Source: the human T2T-CHM13v2.0 reference genome, Homo sapiens. From it: a stretch of DNA of 64,000 nucleotides. The stretch lies in assembly GCF_009914755.1 (NCBI RefSeq), contig NC_060941.1; one strand, written 5' to 3'. Under the pieces are notes generated by a model that ran no database searches, was not told the DNA's origin, and was given only the letters and a program-made list of their open reading frames with translations. Below, piece by piece: positions 26,605 through 38,791 of the stretch. Position 1 is the first letter of the stretch, and each line of letters opens with the position of its first letter. A program made the translations under genes and the position numbers.

Positions 26605-26908
26605 TTTTTTTTTTTTTCTTTTTGAGACGAAGTCTCACTCTGTTGCCCATGCTGGAGTGCAGTGTTACAGTCTTGGCTCACTGCAACCTCCGCCTCCCGG
26701 TTTCAGGCAATTCTCCTGCCTCAGCCTCCTGAGTAGCTGGGACTACAGGTGTGTGCCACCACACCCAGCTAATTTTTGTATTTTTAGTAGAGATGGGGTT
26801 TCACTGTGTTGGCCAGGCTGGTCTCAAACTCCTGACCTTGTGATCTGCTTGCCTCGGTCTGTAATCCCATAGTGCTGGGATTACAGGTGTGAGCCACTGC
26901 GCCCAGCC
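26605..26908 (-). mobile_element. AluS
   Basis: Reverse dimeric Alu; TSD gatttctacctttatc / gatttctacttttatc. Confidence 0.9.
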
Positions 26909-29900
26909 CGATTTCTACTTTTATCTTTTATTATTTCCTTCTTTTTCTTGCTTTTGATATATTTTGTACTTATTTTTCTAGGTTCTTGAGATAGAAGCTT
27001 AGATTATTTATTTGAGACCTTTCCTCTTTTCTAATGTGAGCATCATAGTTACGTTAGTTCCCTCCTAGGACTGCTTTAATTGTGTTATTGAGAGGGATGT
27101 TGAAGTCTCCAACAATATTTGTGGATTTATTTATTTTTCCTTTTAGTTCTATTAGTTTTAACTTCACATAATTTTGCAGCTCTGATGTTTAAAGGTGCAT
27201 GAACATTTAGGCTCACTATGTCTCAGTGAATTGACCCTTTTATCATTATATAATATTCCTCTTTGTCTCTGGTCATTTTCTTTGTGCTGAAATATAATTT
27301 ATCTGATAACATAACAACTCTGCTCTCCTTAGATTAATATTTTCAGGATGTATCACTTTTAGTTTTTTCTTTTCAACCTGCCTGTCATCATTATATTTGC
27401 AGTGAATTTTTTGTAGACAGTGTACAGTTGAATTATTTTAAAAATCTACTCTATCAATCTTTTAATTGGTGTATTTAGATCATTTACATTTAAAATATTT
27501 ACGGATAACTTAGGGCATAGTTAATGCGTCTCTGGTTATTATTTCTGTTTTGTTTTGCTTTTTTTTTTTTCCTGCTTCCTTTGGGTTACTTGAACATTTT
27601 CTTTAGAATTGTATTTTGATTTATATATCAAAATATAGTTTTTTAAGTGTATCTCTTTGTATATATTTTTTACTGGTTATAATAAGACGTGACTTTATAT
27701 AGACATAACTTGTCACAGTCTCTTGGTGGTGTCATTTTACCAGTTCAAGAGAGTACCTATCTGTTCACTCCTTTACCTTTTCCTTGTATAATTGTCTTAA
27801 GTGTTTACTTCACATACGTTTAGAACCACATTAGACAGTTTTTGCTTTAGTCACGAAACAGAAAACTCAAGAGAAGGAAAGCCTAATTATTTACCCCCTC
27901 CCTCCCTTTATTTTACTGTGTTCTTTCTTCCTTTCAGATGTTCCAGGATTCCTTCTTCTATGATTTCCTTTTTGTTTAGAAAACTTCCTTTGGCCATTTT
28001 GCTAGGGGTAAGTCAGCAAAAAACTTCTCTTAGTTTTCCTTCATCTGAGAAGGTCTGGATTTCCCTTTCATTCCTGAAGGATATTTTTACTGGTTATAGG
28101 ATTCTAGGTTGACAGGTGTTTTCTTTCAGCACCAGAAAAGTAGTGTGCCACTTCCTTCTGGTCTCCATGGTTCCTGATAAGAAATCTATTGTCATTCTGC
28201 TTAGTTTTCTCAAAACTATAAGGTCTTATTTTTCTCTGGCTGCTTTTGAGATTTTTTTTCTCTGGCTTTCTTTGTCTTTTAGGTTTTTCTTTAGTTTAGT
28301 TATTGTATGTCTTGGTCTGGATTTCTTTGGGTTTATCCTTTGATGTTCACTAAACTTCTTGAATGTGTAGGTTGCCACTTTTGCCAAATTTGGGAGGTTT
28401 CTAGCCATTCTTTGAGCCCTTTTTCCGCTTCACCCTTCCTCCTATCCTGCAGAGACTCTGATGACATGAATGTTAGACTTCTTGTTACAGTTCCACAGTT
28501 CCCTTTTATTTATTCATTTTTTCCTGTCTGTTTTTCCTCTGTTATTAGATGGGATGATTTCTGTTGTTCTGTGTTCCAGTTCACTGATTCTTTCATTGCC
28601 CCCAATCCTTCTGCTCTTAAGCCCACCCGGGAGCTTTTATTTCAGTTACCGTATTTTTCAATTTCAGGATTTTTGTTTGGTTCTTACAGCTTCTATTTCT
28701 TTGCTGTCTTTCCCTTTAATTCAAGTGTGCTCATAATTTCTTGTTGAAGCATTTTATCATGGGTGCTTTAAAATCTTTAAATGTGGGATAATTCTAGCAT
28801 GGCTGTCATCTTGGTGTTGGCATTTCTTGGTTGTCTTTGTTCATTCAGTTTGTGACCTTCCTGGTTCTTGGTATGATGATGATTTTTGGTGGAAACCAAG
28901 TGTTTTTGTATTCTGTTGGGTGACTCTGGGTCTCATTTGAACCTTCTCTTTCAGTGGATTTTTCTGACAGTGCTTCCGTGGGGGAAGGGAGTCACCATGA
29001 CCACCTGGTTACTTAGATGGAGACAGAAGTCCATCCCTCGGCCTCCACTGATGCCTGAACTGGGAGGCTCCTCATCATGGGTTCCCTTCCCACTGGGCAA
29101 TGGTAAAAACCCTGACCCTCCTCTGGGCGCCCTCTGACACACCCTAGCATGGAGCAAGAAGGGTCCTCATTGCTGTTGGTGGGATGTAAGGCCCTTGTGT
29201 CTTCTGACACCACCCTGGCCGGGGTGTGGGGCACCTCACAAGGGTGGAAGTCCAACCTTTGCTCACTTGGGGGTGGGGTGCTGCCTTTCCTGTGACTTTT
29301 GGCCAGAGTAAGGCGGTTCTTGTCTAAGAGTTTTCTGTCTTGTTGGGCTGCTCCTTTCTGGTTCTTCAGCTATGGAAAGTAGCTTTTTGTTGTTGTTTTT
29401 TTTGGTTGTGTGCCCATTGGCGTTTTCAGGTTGCCAGTTTCTCCAGTACCCACTCTGGGATAGTGAGACAAAAAGAAAGCCTGGGAGAGTCACCACGGTG
29501 TCCTTCCTTGGATCCTGGGTCCCTGGCCCACTTACCTTTTTTTCTCCACCTTTCAGAGTCTTCTCATGTTTGTCTTATACATGATGGCCCCAGGTTTTTG
29601 GTTGTACTTAGCAGGAGAAATCTACATCTGCCCCATCGTCCAGGAAGCAGAAGTTTCAAGGCACTGTTTTTGAAAGAGCTTCAGGTTGAAGGCACACCCA
29701 GACCACCAGCAGCCTCTTCCTAGAGGCCAGCCAGAAGTGGAGCCTCCGACTTGTGTGGGTCATGAGTGAAGGCCGAGTTTAATTGGAGAGGAGGTAGCTC
29801 GGGGGAGTCTCTCATGTGGTCACTTTTATATGGGATCCGGAGCCACATGCATCCTCTGGGAGGACCTGCATAGAAAGGGGCCCTGTGTGCAGGGCTGCTT

Positions 29901-30989
29901 GAAACAGGACTCGGGCCCCATCCTTTGGGTCCTTACAGCCCAGCTCAGATCCCCCATGTCAACAACAGATACCTGCTTCTCCTGCCTCCCTCCAAAATGC
30001 CCAGCAGCTCAACCAGAAAACAGCAAAGCTAAGCCTACCCACGCAGCATTTCCAGAGCACACTCCCTCCTGCCTGCTGCCTTTTGGGCTGTCTGTTTTAG
30101 TGTCCCAGTTTCAGATTATTATAGGACCGTCTGGAAGAGAATACTTTAGGGCCTTTTAGAGGTGCTGCCCCAGGACCAGGTGGGCGTGCGTGGGAGCCTC
30201 TGCCCGTGGGCATTGCTGCACTTAAAGACACTGTGGTCTGCTGTGCGGGGGAGGATGCAGCAGTTTTAGATAGTCTGAGACATAGAGAAGCAGCAGCTCT
30301 TCCTGGGAGGCCTTTCCCACGCCTTGGGGATGAGGACAGGTTGTCTGAGTCAGGACCTAGGTTATGTAAGGAGAAGGTAACTCAGAGAGGGCACCACCCA
30401 CCCACTGCTGGCCTAGGCCGGTGGGCACTCACCTCCACTCCCTCTGCACACCTGCCTCAGGATCAAGGACACAGCCAGGGCTAGGCAGACCCCATCCCTG
30501 CCTTCCTGGAGCGAAGGTTCTGGGGTGGGGGTGGGGGGCAAGACATGTCATAGCAATGTAATTACGTACATAATGAAATGGTAGGTAGAAATTAGTTCTG
30601 TGATGTGCAGTGACGGTAATGGCAGAAGTGAGTTGTTAGAGACTGAGGGGGAGGGTCAGGACTGTCCCCTTGAGGAAGGGACATTTCGGGGAAGCCCTGA
30701 GGGATGGTAGAGAGGGCCAGGTTTTGGGGAGCTGAGGAGGCTGGGGGAGGCTGCGCAGCCCACGTGGCTGGCTGTGAGAGGCAAGAGTGGTGGTGATATA
30801 GCTGGCCAGTTCCTGTCCCTGGCTCCCTGGACTTGAGGAGTGAGTTCTCAGTAATTACAGATGGCTCCTCATGGCCCCATGGCGCCATCATTCCTGCCTC
30901 TGCACCTGTGCATCAGCTGCGCCCCTGCCCAGAGAGTCCTCTCCACCCCAGGCCTCCCCCTGTTATCTATGGGGTCCTTACCTTCAGGG

Positions 30990-31226
30990 CTTTTTTTTAA
31001 TAGCTTTATTAAGATAAAATTCACACGTCATACGTTTAACCCATTTAAATGATACAATTCTATGATTTTTAGGATATTCCAACTGATGTGCAGCCATCAT
31101 CACAGTCACTTTTAGAACATTACATCATCGCCAAAAGAAACCCTGCACCTCTTGGCTGTCACCAACCCCTTCCGCCGTCCCAGCCCCAGGCAGCCACTCC
31201 TCTGCTCTCTATCACTCTGGAATTGC
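30990..31226 (-). mobile_element. L1MB-type 3' end
   Basis: aatagctttattaagataaaattcacac...ttagaacattacatcatcgccaaaagaaaccc. Confidence 0.75.
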
Positions 31227-32546
31227 TTTGATGAACGCTGGGTGGGGTGTCACCTGCATCCCAGCCTGCTCCTCCACCCAGAGGCCCTACATCTCGCTCT
31301 CTGCTCTGTGTCTGCGCCGCCCGCCCACCTGCATCAGTCCCCTCTGTGGTGATCCATATCAGGAAGTCACAGCCAAGCAAAGTGGCTGCTGCAGGCTCCC
31401 TGGTATACAGCACCCAGGGCCATGCACACGGGGTTCCTGAGCAGAGGTTTGCTGACGATGCCTGGGTTGAGACCAGGGCTCGGGTTCTGAGGGAACAGAT
31501 GCTGATCCCTTGGCTCCCCACAGTTCCTCCTGGAGAAAGGTCAGGTAAATGTAGCTGATTATGTGATGACACCCCAAGCCCTGCCTCCAGAGGCCAGGGT
31601 GGTGGCGCATAGTCAAGATGGAGATAGAGGAATGGCTTGGCAGGCTAGCCTCTGGCCTCACAGGTGGGCACTTGTGGCCGGTGAGAGGCCGAGCTGGGAG
31701 TCACAGAGTCCAGATACACACAGGGAGTTGTCCAGCTCCGGCTTTCCCATGCAAGGCCTCTGGGTGGGGTCTGCTTAGGATGTGCACTCCTGGGTGGGGT
31801 GTGGAGAGGCCGAGCGTGTGTGCCCACCTTGAGGTTTGCTGGGCACAGCTGGAGTTCGTAGAGAGCACAGACCTCTCCTCGCCTTTGCTTCTGCCTTCCC
31901 AGGTGGGATTTCCACCACATACTCCTTGGCCCTCCTGGACTATGTCTGCAGCCAACACCCACTCCCCTGTTGCAGCAAAGCAAGCCTCTCCTGTCCTTGC
32001 AGCTTTCCCCCGACCCCAGGCACACAGCTCCACTTGCACCATTCATGGGGAAAGCCAGTGCTCCTGGGGACCTTGAGGACCCTGCAGGCGGAAGCCAAGT
32101 AAAGGGGGGTTCTTGGTTCAGCCTGGAGGCTGTGTGGCCTCTGGCACGTGGCCTGCCCTCTCTGAGTCACGGTCTGCAGCTACCAAATGAGGTAGTGTGG
32201 TGGGGCCTCCTAGTTTGGAGAGCACTGAATAAAAAGCACATCAGGAGGACCCATGAGGGGTCCTGTGTGTGTAAGCAGCAGTCAGAGAACTTGGGTTTTA
32301 ATTTGTGTTACCGCCCTCCGAAAGGCACTGGATAAATGGGACTGGTTGTACCTTTTCCAATGCATTCTCGCCAGCTGGGTGTGGCTGAGGAAGGAGATTG
32401 AGCCAGAGTGTCTGTCTAGATTCCCCTTGTTGAGCTCCTCCCGTGGTCTGGGGAGTGGGGACTCTGTGGCTGGTAAAATATAGCAGTGCCTCACATTTGT
32501 TGAGACCTCACAGGCCAGACACTGTGCTCAGTGTTCTTTGTGCAGC

Positions 32547-33172
32547 TTTTTAAGTTGAGCTATAATTCACATATCTTAAGATTCACTCTCTTAAAGTATA
32601 CAGTTTGGTGAGTTTTAGCATATTTACAATGTTGTGCAACCATCTCCACTGTCTAATTCTAGAATATTTTAGTCACCCACGAAAGAAACCCCATACCTGT
32701 TAGCTGTCTCTCCTTATTTCCTTTCCTCCAGTCCCTGGCGACCACTAATCTGCTTTCTGTGCTGTGGATTTGCCTATTCTGGACCATTTGCATAAGTGGA
32801 ATTCTGTAATATGTGGGCTTTTGTGCCTGGCTTCTTTGACTTAGCATCATGTTTTCGGGGTTCCTCGGTGTTGTGGTGTATGTTAGTGCTTCATTCCTTT
32901 TTCTGGCTGAATAATGTTCCCTTGTGTGGACCCATCACACTTTGTTCATCTATTCATCTGTCCATGGATATTTGGGCTGTTACCACCTTTTGGCAGGTGT
33001 GAATAATACTGCTATGAACATTCATGTGCAGGTATTTATTTGAGCCCCTGTTTTCCGTTTTCTTGGGTGTGTATACATAGGGGTGAAATTGCTGGGCCCT
33101 AGGGTAACTCTGCCTTTAACTTTCTGAGGAACTGCCAGACTTTTCCAAGGTGGCAGCACCGTTTTACATCCC
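32547..33172 (-). mobile_element. L1MB-type 3' end
   Basis: gagctataattcacat...ccactaatctgctttctgt...tttctgaggaactgccagact. Confidence 0.85.
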
Positions 33173-33384
33173 TGTGCTGGGTTTTACTGATTGCATTATC
33201 TCATCAGTCCTCACATCAGAGTCATGAGGTTTAGGTAGAATTGTCATCACTCTCACTTTTCAAATGGGAGAGTTTGAACTCAAAGAGTTTCTGCACGCAG
33301 TCACACAGCCAGTCAGTTGATGATTCTTTGGCCAGAGCTGGCTTTGATCACGAAAGCAGTCTCTTCTCCAGGCCCTGTTTTGTA

Positions 33385-33472
33385 TCTTCAGGATGAAGCT
33401 TTTTGACTGTGTTGTTCATGTCCTATTTCCTGGCGCCTGGCACACACTGACACTCACATATTTGTTGAATAA
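33385..33472 (+). mobile_element. L2 3' end
   Basis: gcctggcacacactgacactcacatatttgttgaataa. Confidence 0.55.
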
Positions 33473-33784
33473 CATGTCATTTTTTCCTGATCTTGGTGGC
33501 TTGATCAGTAACTTGCAGGAGACAGCATGTCTTAGGGGATCCTGTACTCTCCAGGTTCTCACACTCCTGCCAGGGCCTGTATGCTCTCCACCCCGGATGC
33601 TGCAGAATCCCCGCCAGCCTCTGACTCTCAAGCAGCTGCAGACGCACCGCAGTGGAAATAGGTGTCATGACCTCTGCAGAGCAGAGGCAACATCTGTTTC
33701 CAGCGAGTGCTTGCTGTTAACTTGACCTGTTCTCTCTTCTGGGTTGAAGGCTGCTGGTGACCTGCCCTCTTTTTTCTCCTCTAG

Positions 33785-33862
33785 GCAAAACCCATTTATG
33801 GCGGTTGGCTGCTCCTGGCTCCAGATGGGACCGACTTTGACAACCCAGTGCACCGGTCTCGG
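33785..33862 (+). CDS. MPRIP: MPRIP exon 2 (AKPIYGGWLLLAPDGTDFDNPVHRSR; PH domain beta-1 and loop)
   Basis: Acceptor ctctttttttctcctctAG|GCA, donor CGG|GTAAGG; 78 nt, phase 0-0; continues the exon-1 frame. Confidence 0.96.
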
Positions 33863-35011
33863 GTAAGGGCATCAGAGCCAACTCTCAGGGAGGAACCAGA
33901 GAAGGGACCCATCTAAGGGTGAACTGGCAGAGTGGAAGAGGGAGATGGAGAGTTGAACAGTGGATCCTGGGATAGCAGGACCAGCAGGGCTCCCCCATTT
34001 GGTGCACTTGTACGTTGTACAGAAAAGGTCTCAATTATACATAGTTGTGTGTAGTGCTCCCTTCAGAATGAGGAGCTCTCATGTGGGTGTTGCCTGTTTT
34101 GTGGGTCAGGTTGACTCTAGGAACAGTAAAATGGAAGAGGCAAAAGAGCAGTTAAAGGTTTGCATTATACCGAGCAGCTCCCAATTCCTTCCATGCCAAG
34201 GCCTGCCCCTGTAGCACCTCCCTTCTTCCTGAGCCAGGGGTTCAGCACACTAGCACTAGTGAAGGGTTGGGGGCCCAGAGGCCTTGGCTTACCTCTTACT
34301 AAAATGTGCATTGCCCAGGGCAGGGCCCCGCTAGAGCTGGGACCATCATTGGCCTGACCTGTGGTTTGTTTCTCTGCCAGGAAGCCCCTCTGGATTTGAC
34401 TCCGGTTACAAAACTCTCCTTCCTCACAAACTTTCTTACAGTGCTGCCGCTTGCACCCTATAAATTGCTTCCACTCAGCCCCCTCCATCCCCGGGAGCTC
34501 CCTTTCCTCTTCTTCTTAGTTTCTGCTGCTCATCCTTTCCCCACCCTGAATATTACACTTTGGAGTAGGGGCCTTGGGCTGTGTATTCTGGTCCCACAGG
34601 CCTTGCATTGTGTCTCTGTTCTTTGGGATTGCTTCTAGAATGGGTTTTGATTTCAGAGGCTGCACATAAGGCCCTTGGAAATGTTCCTGGGAAACATGTT
34701 CAGGTGGCCTCCTCTACACACCCAGCATAGACCAGCCCTCTACAAGGCCTCTTTGCAAGGCCCTTTGAGTCCCTGTTCATGCCACCCAGACAGGAGGACT
34801 CAGGCATCACTGGTCCAGCTGGGCTGCAGTTTCCAGGGAGTAGTTCCCTTTCCTATTTTATATCAAGGTTGTACAAAATTGCCATTTCCAGCCTCTGACA
34901 GGAGTCTTTTTATAAATGATAACCCTGGCCCAAAGCAGAGAGATGTGCTTTTATAGTCAGTTCACGTGGCCTCACTGCCAGTTAAACTCTGAGTATTGTT
35001 GGGCTCTTTGC

Positions 35012-35232
35012 TTTTTTTTTTTTTTTTTTTTTTTTGAAACAGAGTCTTGCTCTGTCACCCAGGCTGGAGTGCAGTGGCATGATCTCGATTCAGTGCAGTC
35101 TTGACCTCCCAGGTTCATGTGATCCTCTTACCTCAGCCTCCTGAGTAGCTGGGGCTACAGGCGTGCATCACCATGCCTAGCTAATTTTTGTATTTTTTGT
35201 AGAGACGGGGTTTCACCATGCTGCCCAGGCTG
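35012..35232 (-). mobile_element. 5'-truncated AluJ in intron 2
   Basis: Poly-T, right arm, linker and part of the left arm. Confidence 0.88.
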
Positions 35233-36085
35233 GATTGGGCTTGTTGAAATGTTGAAAATAGGTCATGGACCCTTGTGATGATTTGGGGCTGGGAGCTGTG
35301 CCTGTCATTCATGACCTGGGCCAGCAGACTCGCATTATGGACAAGTCCCTTCTCCCCACACAAAGGAAGACATACACCGCATAGTCCATTTCATTTCAGC
35401 TCCTGATGGCATCTGACCGCCGTGGACACTTCCCAGTGGTCTGGCTTTTGGAGGGAGAGTAGAGCGGGGGATGATCTGTGCCAGTTGGTCACTCCTTGGA
35501 TATTGGAGTTATTTCCACTGGTCTTGCTGCTCCTCTGTTTTGATTTTCATTAACTCATTTCACCTCAGTGAATTCTGGAGCCTGGCTGTTTTTGTGCCTC
35601 CTCTTTGCCAGTGGATCATCAGAACAACCCCTTTTGTAGCAGTTTCCCAGGTTTTTTCAGAAGTGGTGAATCCATGCCTTGGCATTCCTGGATTATTCCA
35701 TGTCATGTCAGATCATTCATCAAATAAATATTGACACATGTCATGTGATGCATTCTATGCTGAGCACCATCAGGAATACAAAAAGGTAACCACACGTTGT
35801 TTCTGCTCCTGAGGAGCTTCCAAGTGTTAAAAAAAAAAAAAAAAAAGACTTCTTATTAAGCCTCAATCACTCATGTGATTTGGGCCTGTCTCCCAGCCCA
35901 GTCCTGGCTGATGAATCAACATTCTTGTGCCTCGGGTCCCTCTTTTCCTGCCACCTGCCCCAGAAGTGGAATCTGTGGAGTGACCTTCCTTAGATATGGA
36001 CTTGTCAGACGTGGGAACTCCAGAAGCCAAGCTCTGGGGCCAGGACCCAGATCCTCCTAACCACCCACCTTGTGCTCCGTTGCAG

Positions 36086-36151
36086 AAATGGCAGCGACGG
36101 TTCTTCATCCTTTACGAGCACGGCCTCTTGCGCTACGCCCTGGATGAGATG
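36086..36151 (+). CDS. MPRIP: MPRIP exon 3 (KWQRRFFILYEHGLLRYALDEM; PH domain beta-2/beta-3)
   Basis: Branch CTAAC 36057-36061, acceptor ttgcAG|AAA, donor ATG|GTAAGT; typical PH motif KWxRRxFxL; 66 nt, phase 0-0. Exon 4 is not in the window. Confidence 0.96.
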
Positions 36152-38592
36152 GTAAGTGTTATCCTTGCCCACTCCCTGTCCCCAGCCTTCACCAAGTCCC
36201 TCCATTACAGTGCCCTTGCGTTGTCATGTGAGAGCACAGCAGCCATGTGCTCCTGCTTGTGTCTGTTTGGGAGTGTGGAATGTTTTGAAGAACTTGTGGC
36301 ACCTGCTGGAGACAGCTTTAAAAACCCAGACCTTTGGTTTGAAACATCATCTTCTGTGGTCTTGAGTGAGAGGAAGAAGTGAGGGAGGAAGTCATTTCTG
36401 TTGAAGGCTAATAGTGTGGACTTCACTGGAGCACTCCTGGTTAGGGGAAAGCAAGGGCAAAGTCCTGGATCACGTGTGCAGGCTGTGGACCTGTGGGCGT
36501 GGGGCAGGGGCTGGCCCTGGGGCTGGCACATGTGCTCACGCACCTAGTCCTGGGGTTGCCTGTCAATTCTGCGACTGTAATTGGTTTTGCTTGTCTCATT
36601 TGAGCTTGGCTTAGTTTTCCGAGCTGACTTCAGAGGCCTCCTGGTCACAAGGTCATCGTTCTTCTGGTCACTAAACCAGGCAGACAGGCTTCTTCCTCCT
36701 CCCCACCTCCCTGGTTTTCCAGTTGCTTCCTGGGCTGGATGAGTGTTTGCTGCTGTTGCCCCAGAGGCCAAACCTGAAAATCAACTAGGTGGAATTTCTG
36801 GCTTTTCTTTTTCCACCCATTTTATCTCCTGACTTTTTCTCTAAAGGAGATTAGTCTCTCCTAATTAATCTAAAGTAGGACTGCATTCCAAACTTTGTAA
36901 AGGGTTGAAGATGCGAGATTTGATCGCCTTTTCCAGTTCCACTTGGTGGGTGAATGTTTGTGTGCCCATATGTGCAGCATTTTAAAATTGGGACTGTCCT
37001 GGAAAGCCTAGTCTCACTATGTAAAATAGGCAGCCCCTGCCTATCCTACCCAGAGTTTGTTTCTTTGCTGCAGGGGCGAGACAGACTCTGGAAGTATGAG
37101 TGGAGATAACTGTCCCTAGAGGTACCTTCCAGACTGCGGCAGGGGGTGGCGGGGGTGCCTGGGATTTTTGGGTGGTCATTACAGCTCACATGTGCAAAGG
37201 TCAGAAGTGGGCGTGTTTGTACTCGAGTCCTAACCTTTGTGATGTGATATGTTTTCTACTTTTGTTTCTGGGGTGAATTAAGAGGATGGTACCATAATCC
37301 TGTATCAACTGTCACCTCACTGGTTCCTACTTAAAAAGAATTGTCTTCCCTTTCATTCTTTCCGGTGAGCATATTTGTACATCATGATTAGAGCATAGGG
37401 GGTTTTTGCTATGGGAACGTCTGTGCTCCAGGGTAGTGTACTGGAGGTGAGCACCGATTGTGGACTTGGCTGGAAGTAGGAGCAGGGAGACAAAGCATTT
37501 GGACACTCCGTTCCTTTGAGGCAAGAAAGCAGACCTGGAGGATTAGACTTCACACTTCGTGTTCTCCTGGCTTAGCCCTTACACAGGGAGTAGCCCTGGG
37601 GTCAGAGCTGGGCTCCTGCAGCTGTGAGGTTTATCTTGCCTCCCTGTGGCTGACTGACTGGCTGAGTCCTGCAATTGACTTAACAGTATCAGAGGAGCCT
37701 CAAGAGGTCACTGGATTACATTCAGGCTGGGCTGGGTCATGAACCATCCCAAAAAAACAAAGTTCCCTGCACTGTTTCCTTGGGGACTGATAATTTCAGT
37801 CAGGAAATCTTTCTTTAGGTCTAACTAAAGTCCAGCAAAATCCATTATTCCCTCTGGCTCAGTTGCACAAGCACAAAGAGGGTAGCTTCTGGGGACGCCT
37901 TGGTGCTGGCACAAGTGCAGAGCACATGCTGCCTCCCAGGCACGGCTTCTGGATAATTGAGGCCGCTTAGCCAGGAGCACCGACACTTCACAGTGCACTG
38001 TGGTCTCCCAGCAACCTGGATATGAGTTGCGTATTATTTCATGGAGTGCTCAGGCAGAGGTGGGACTGTGCCAGGGATGTGGGGAAAGAAAGAAGTCCCA
38101 GGGAAAACTTGGACTGAGAGAGGGCATGGGGGCAGGCCCAGAGCTGGGAGTTTTGGGCCACGGGCTGCTTTCTGGCAGATGACCTGGGAGCTGGAGAAAC
38201 TGACCCAGTGAGCCCATCAGTAAATACTGCTTTGCCCAGCCGAGGCTGTGGAGGGGTTTCCCTGTTGTATCAGGAAGGTCACAGGGGAAGGTTGCAAGGA
38301 GGCACTTAGGGTAGAAGCCAGGTGGGAGGAGGCAGAGGCTGGAGAGATTTCTCTAGCACCCAGTGCTCTGCATCAGGGTTTGCTCCTCAGAGCCACTCCC
38401 CAGAGTGAGCAGACAGCCTGTAGCCCAGGAGCTCCAGCTTAACGGTCAACCGCCCTGAGCTGAGAGTCCCACCCCAAACAGGCTGGCAGGATCCTGAGAC
38501 CTGGAGCAGGAAAACTCCATTTCAGATAGGCTTATGTGTGGGTAAACTCCAGCCAAGCTGGAAGCTTCCTTTGTGAGTGCCTGGAAATAGAC

Positions 38593-38791
38593 CAGTGGTC
38601 CTCAGCGTCATGCCTCCCAGGGCCACTGGCCATGTCTGGAGTCATCCTTGATTGTCACACCTGGGGCAGGAATGCTGCTGGCATCTAGTGGGTGGAGGCC
38701 AGGGATGCTACTGAATCTCCTTCACAGAACAGCCCCCAGAACAAGGAAGGCTCCAGCCCAAAATGTCAACAGTGCCAAGGCCAAGAAACTG
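38593..38791. mobile_element. MER20 (hAT-Charlie)
   Basis: tgctgctggcatctagtgggtggaggccagggatgcta...cccaaaatgtcaacagtgccaagg. Confidence 0.85.

Noticed and set aside
35996-36382. 128-aa ORF containing KWQRRFF
   Set aside because: Only 36086-36151 is bounded by splice sites; the flanks are intronic.
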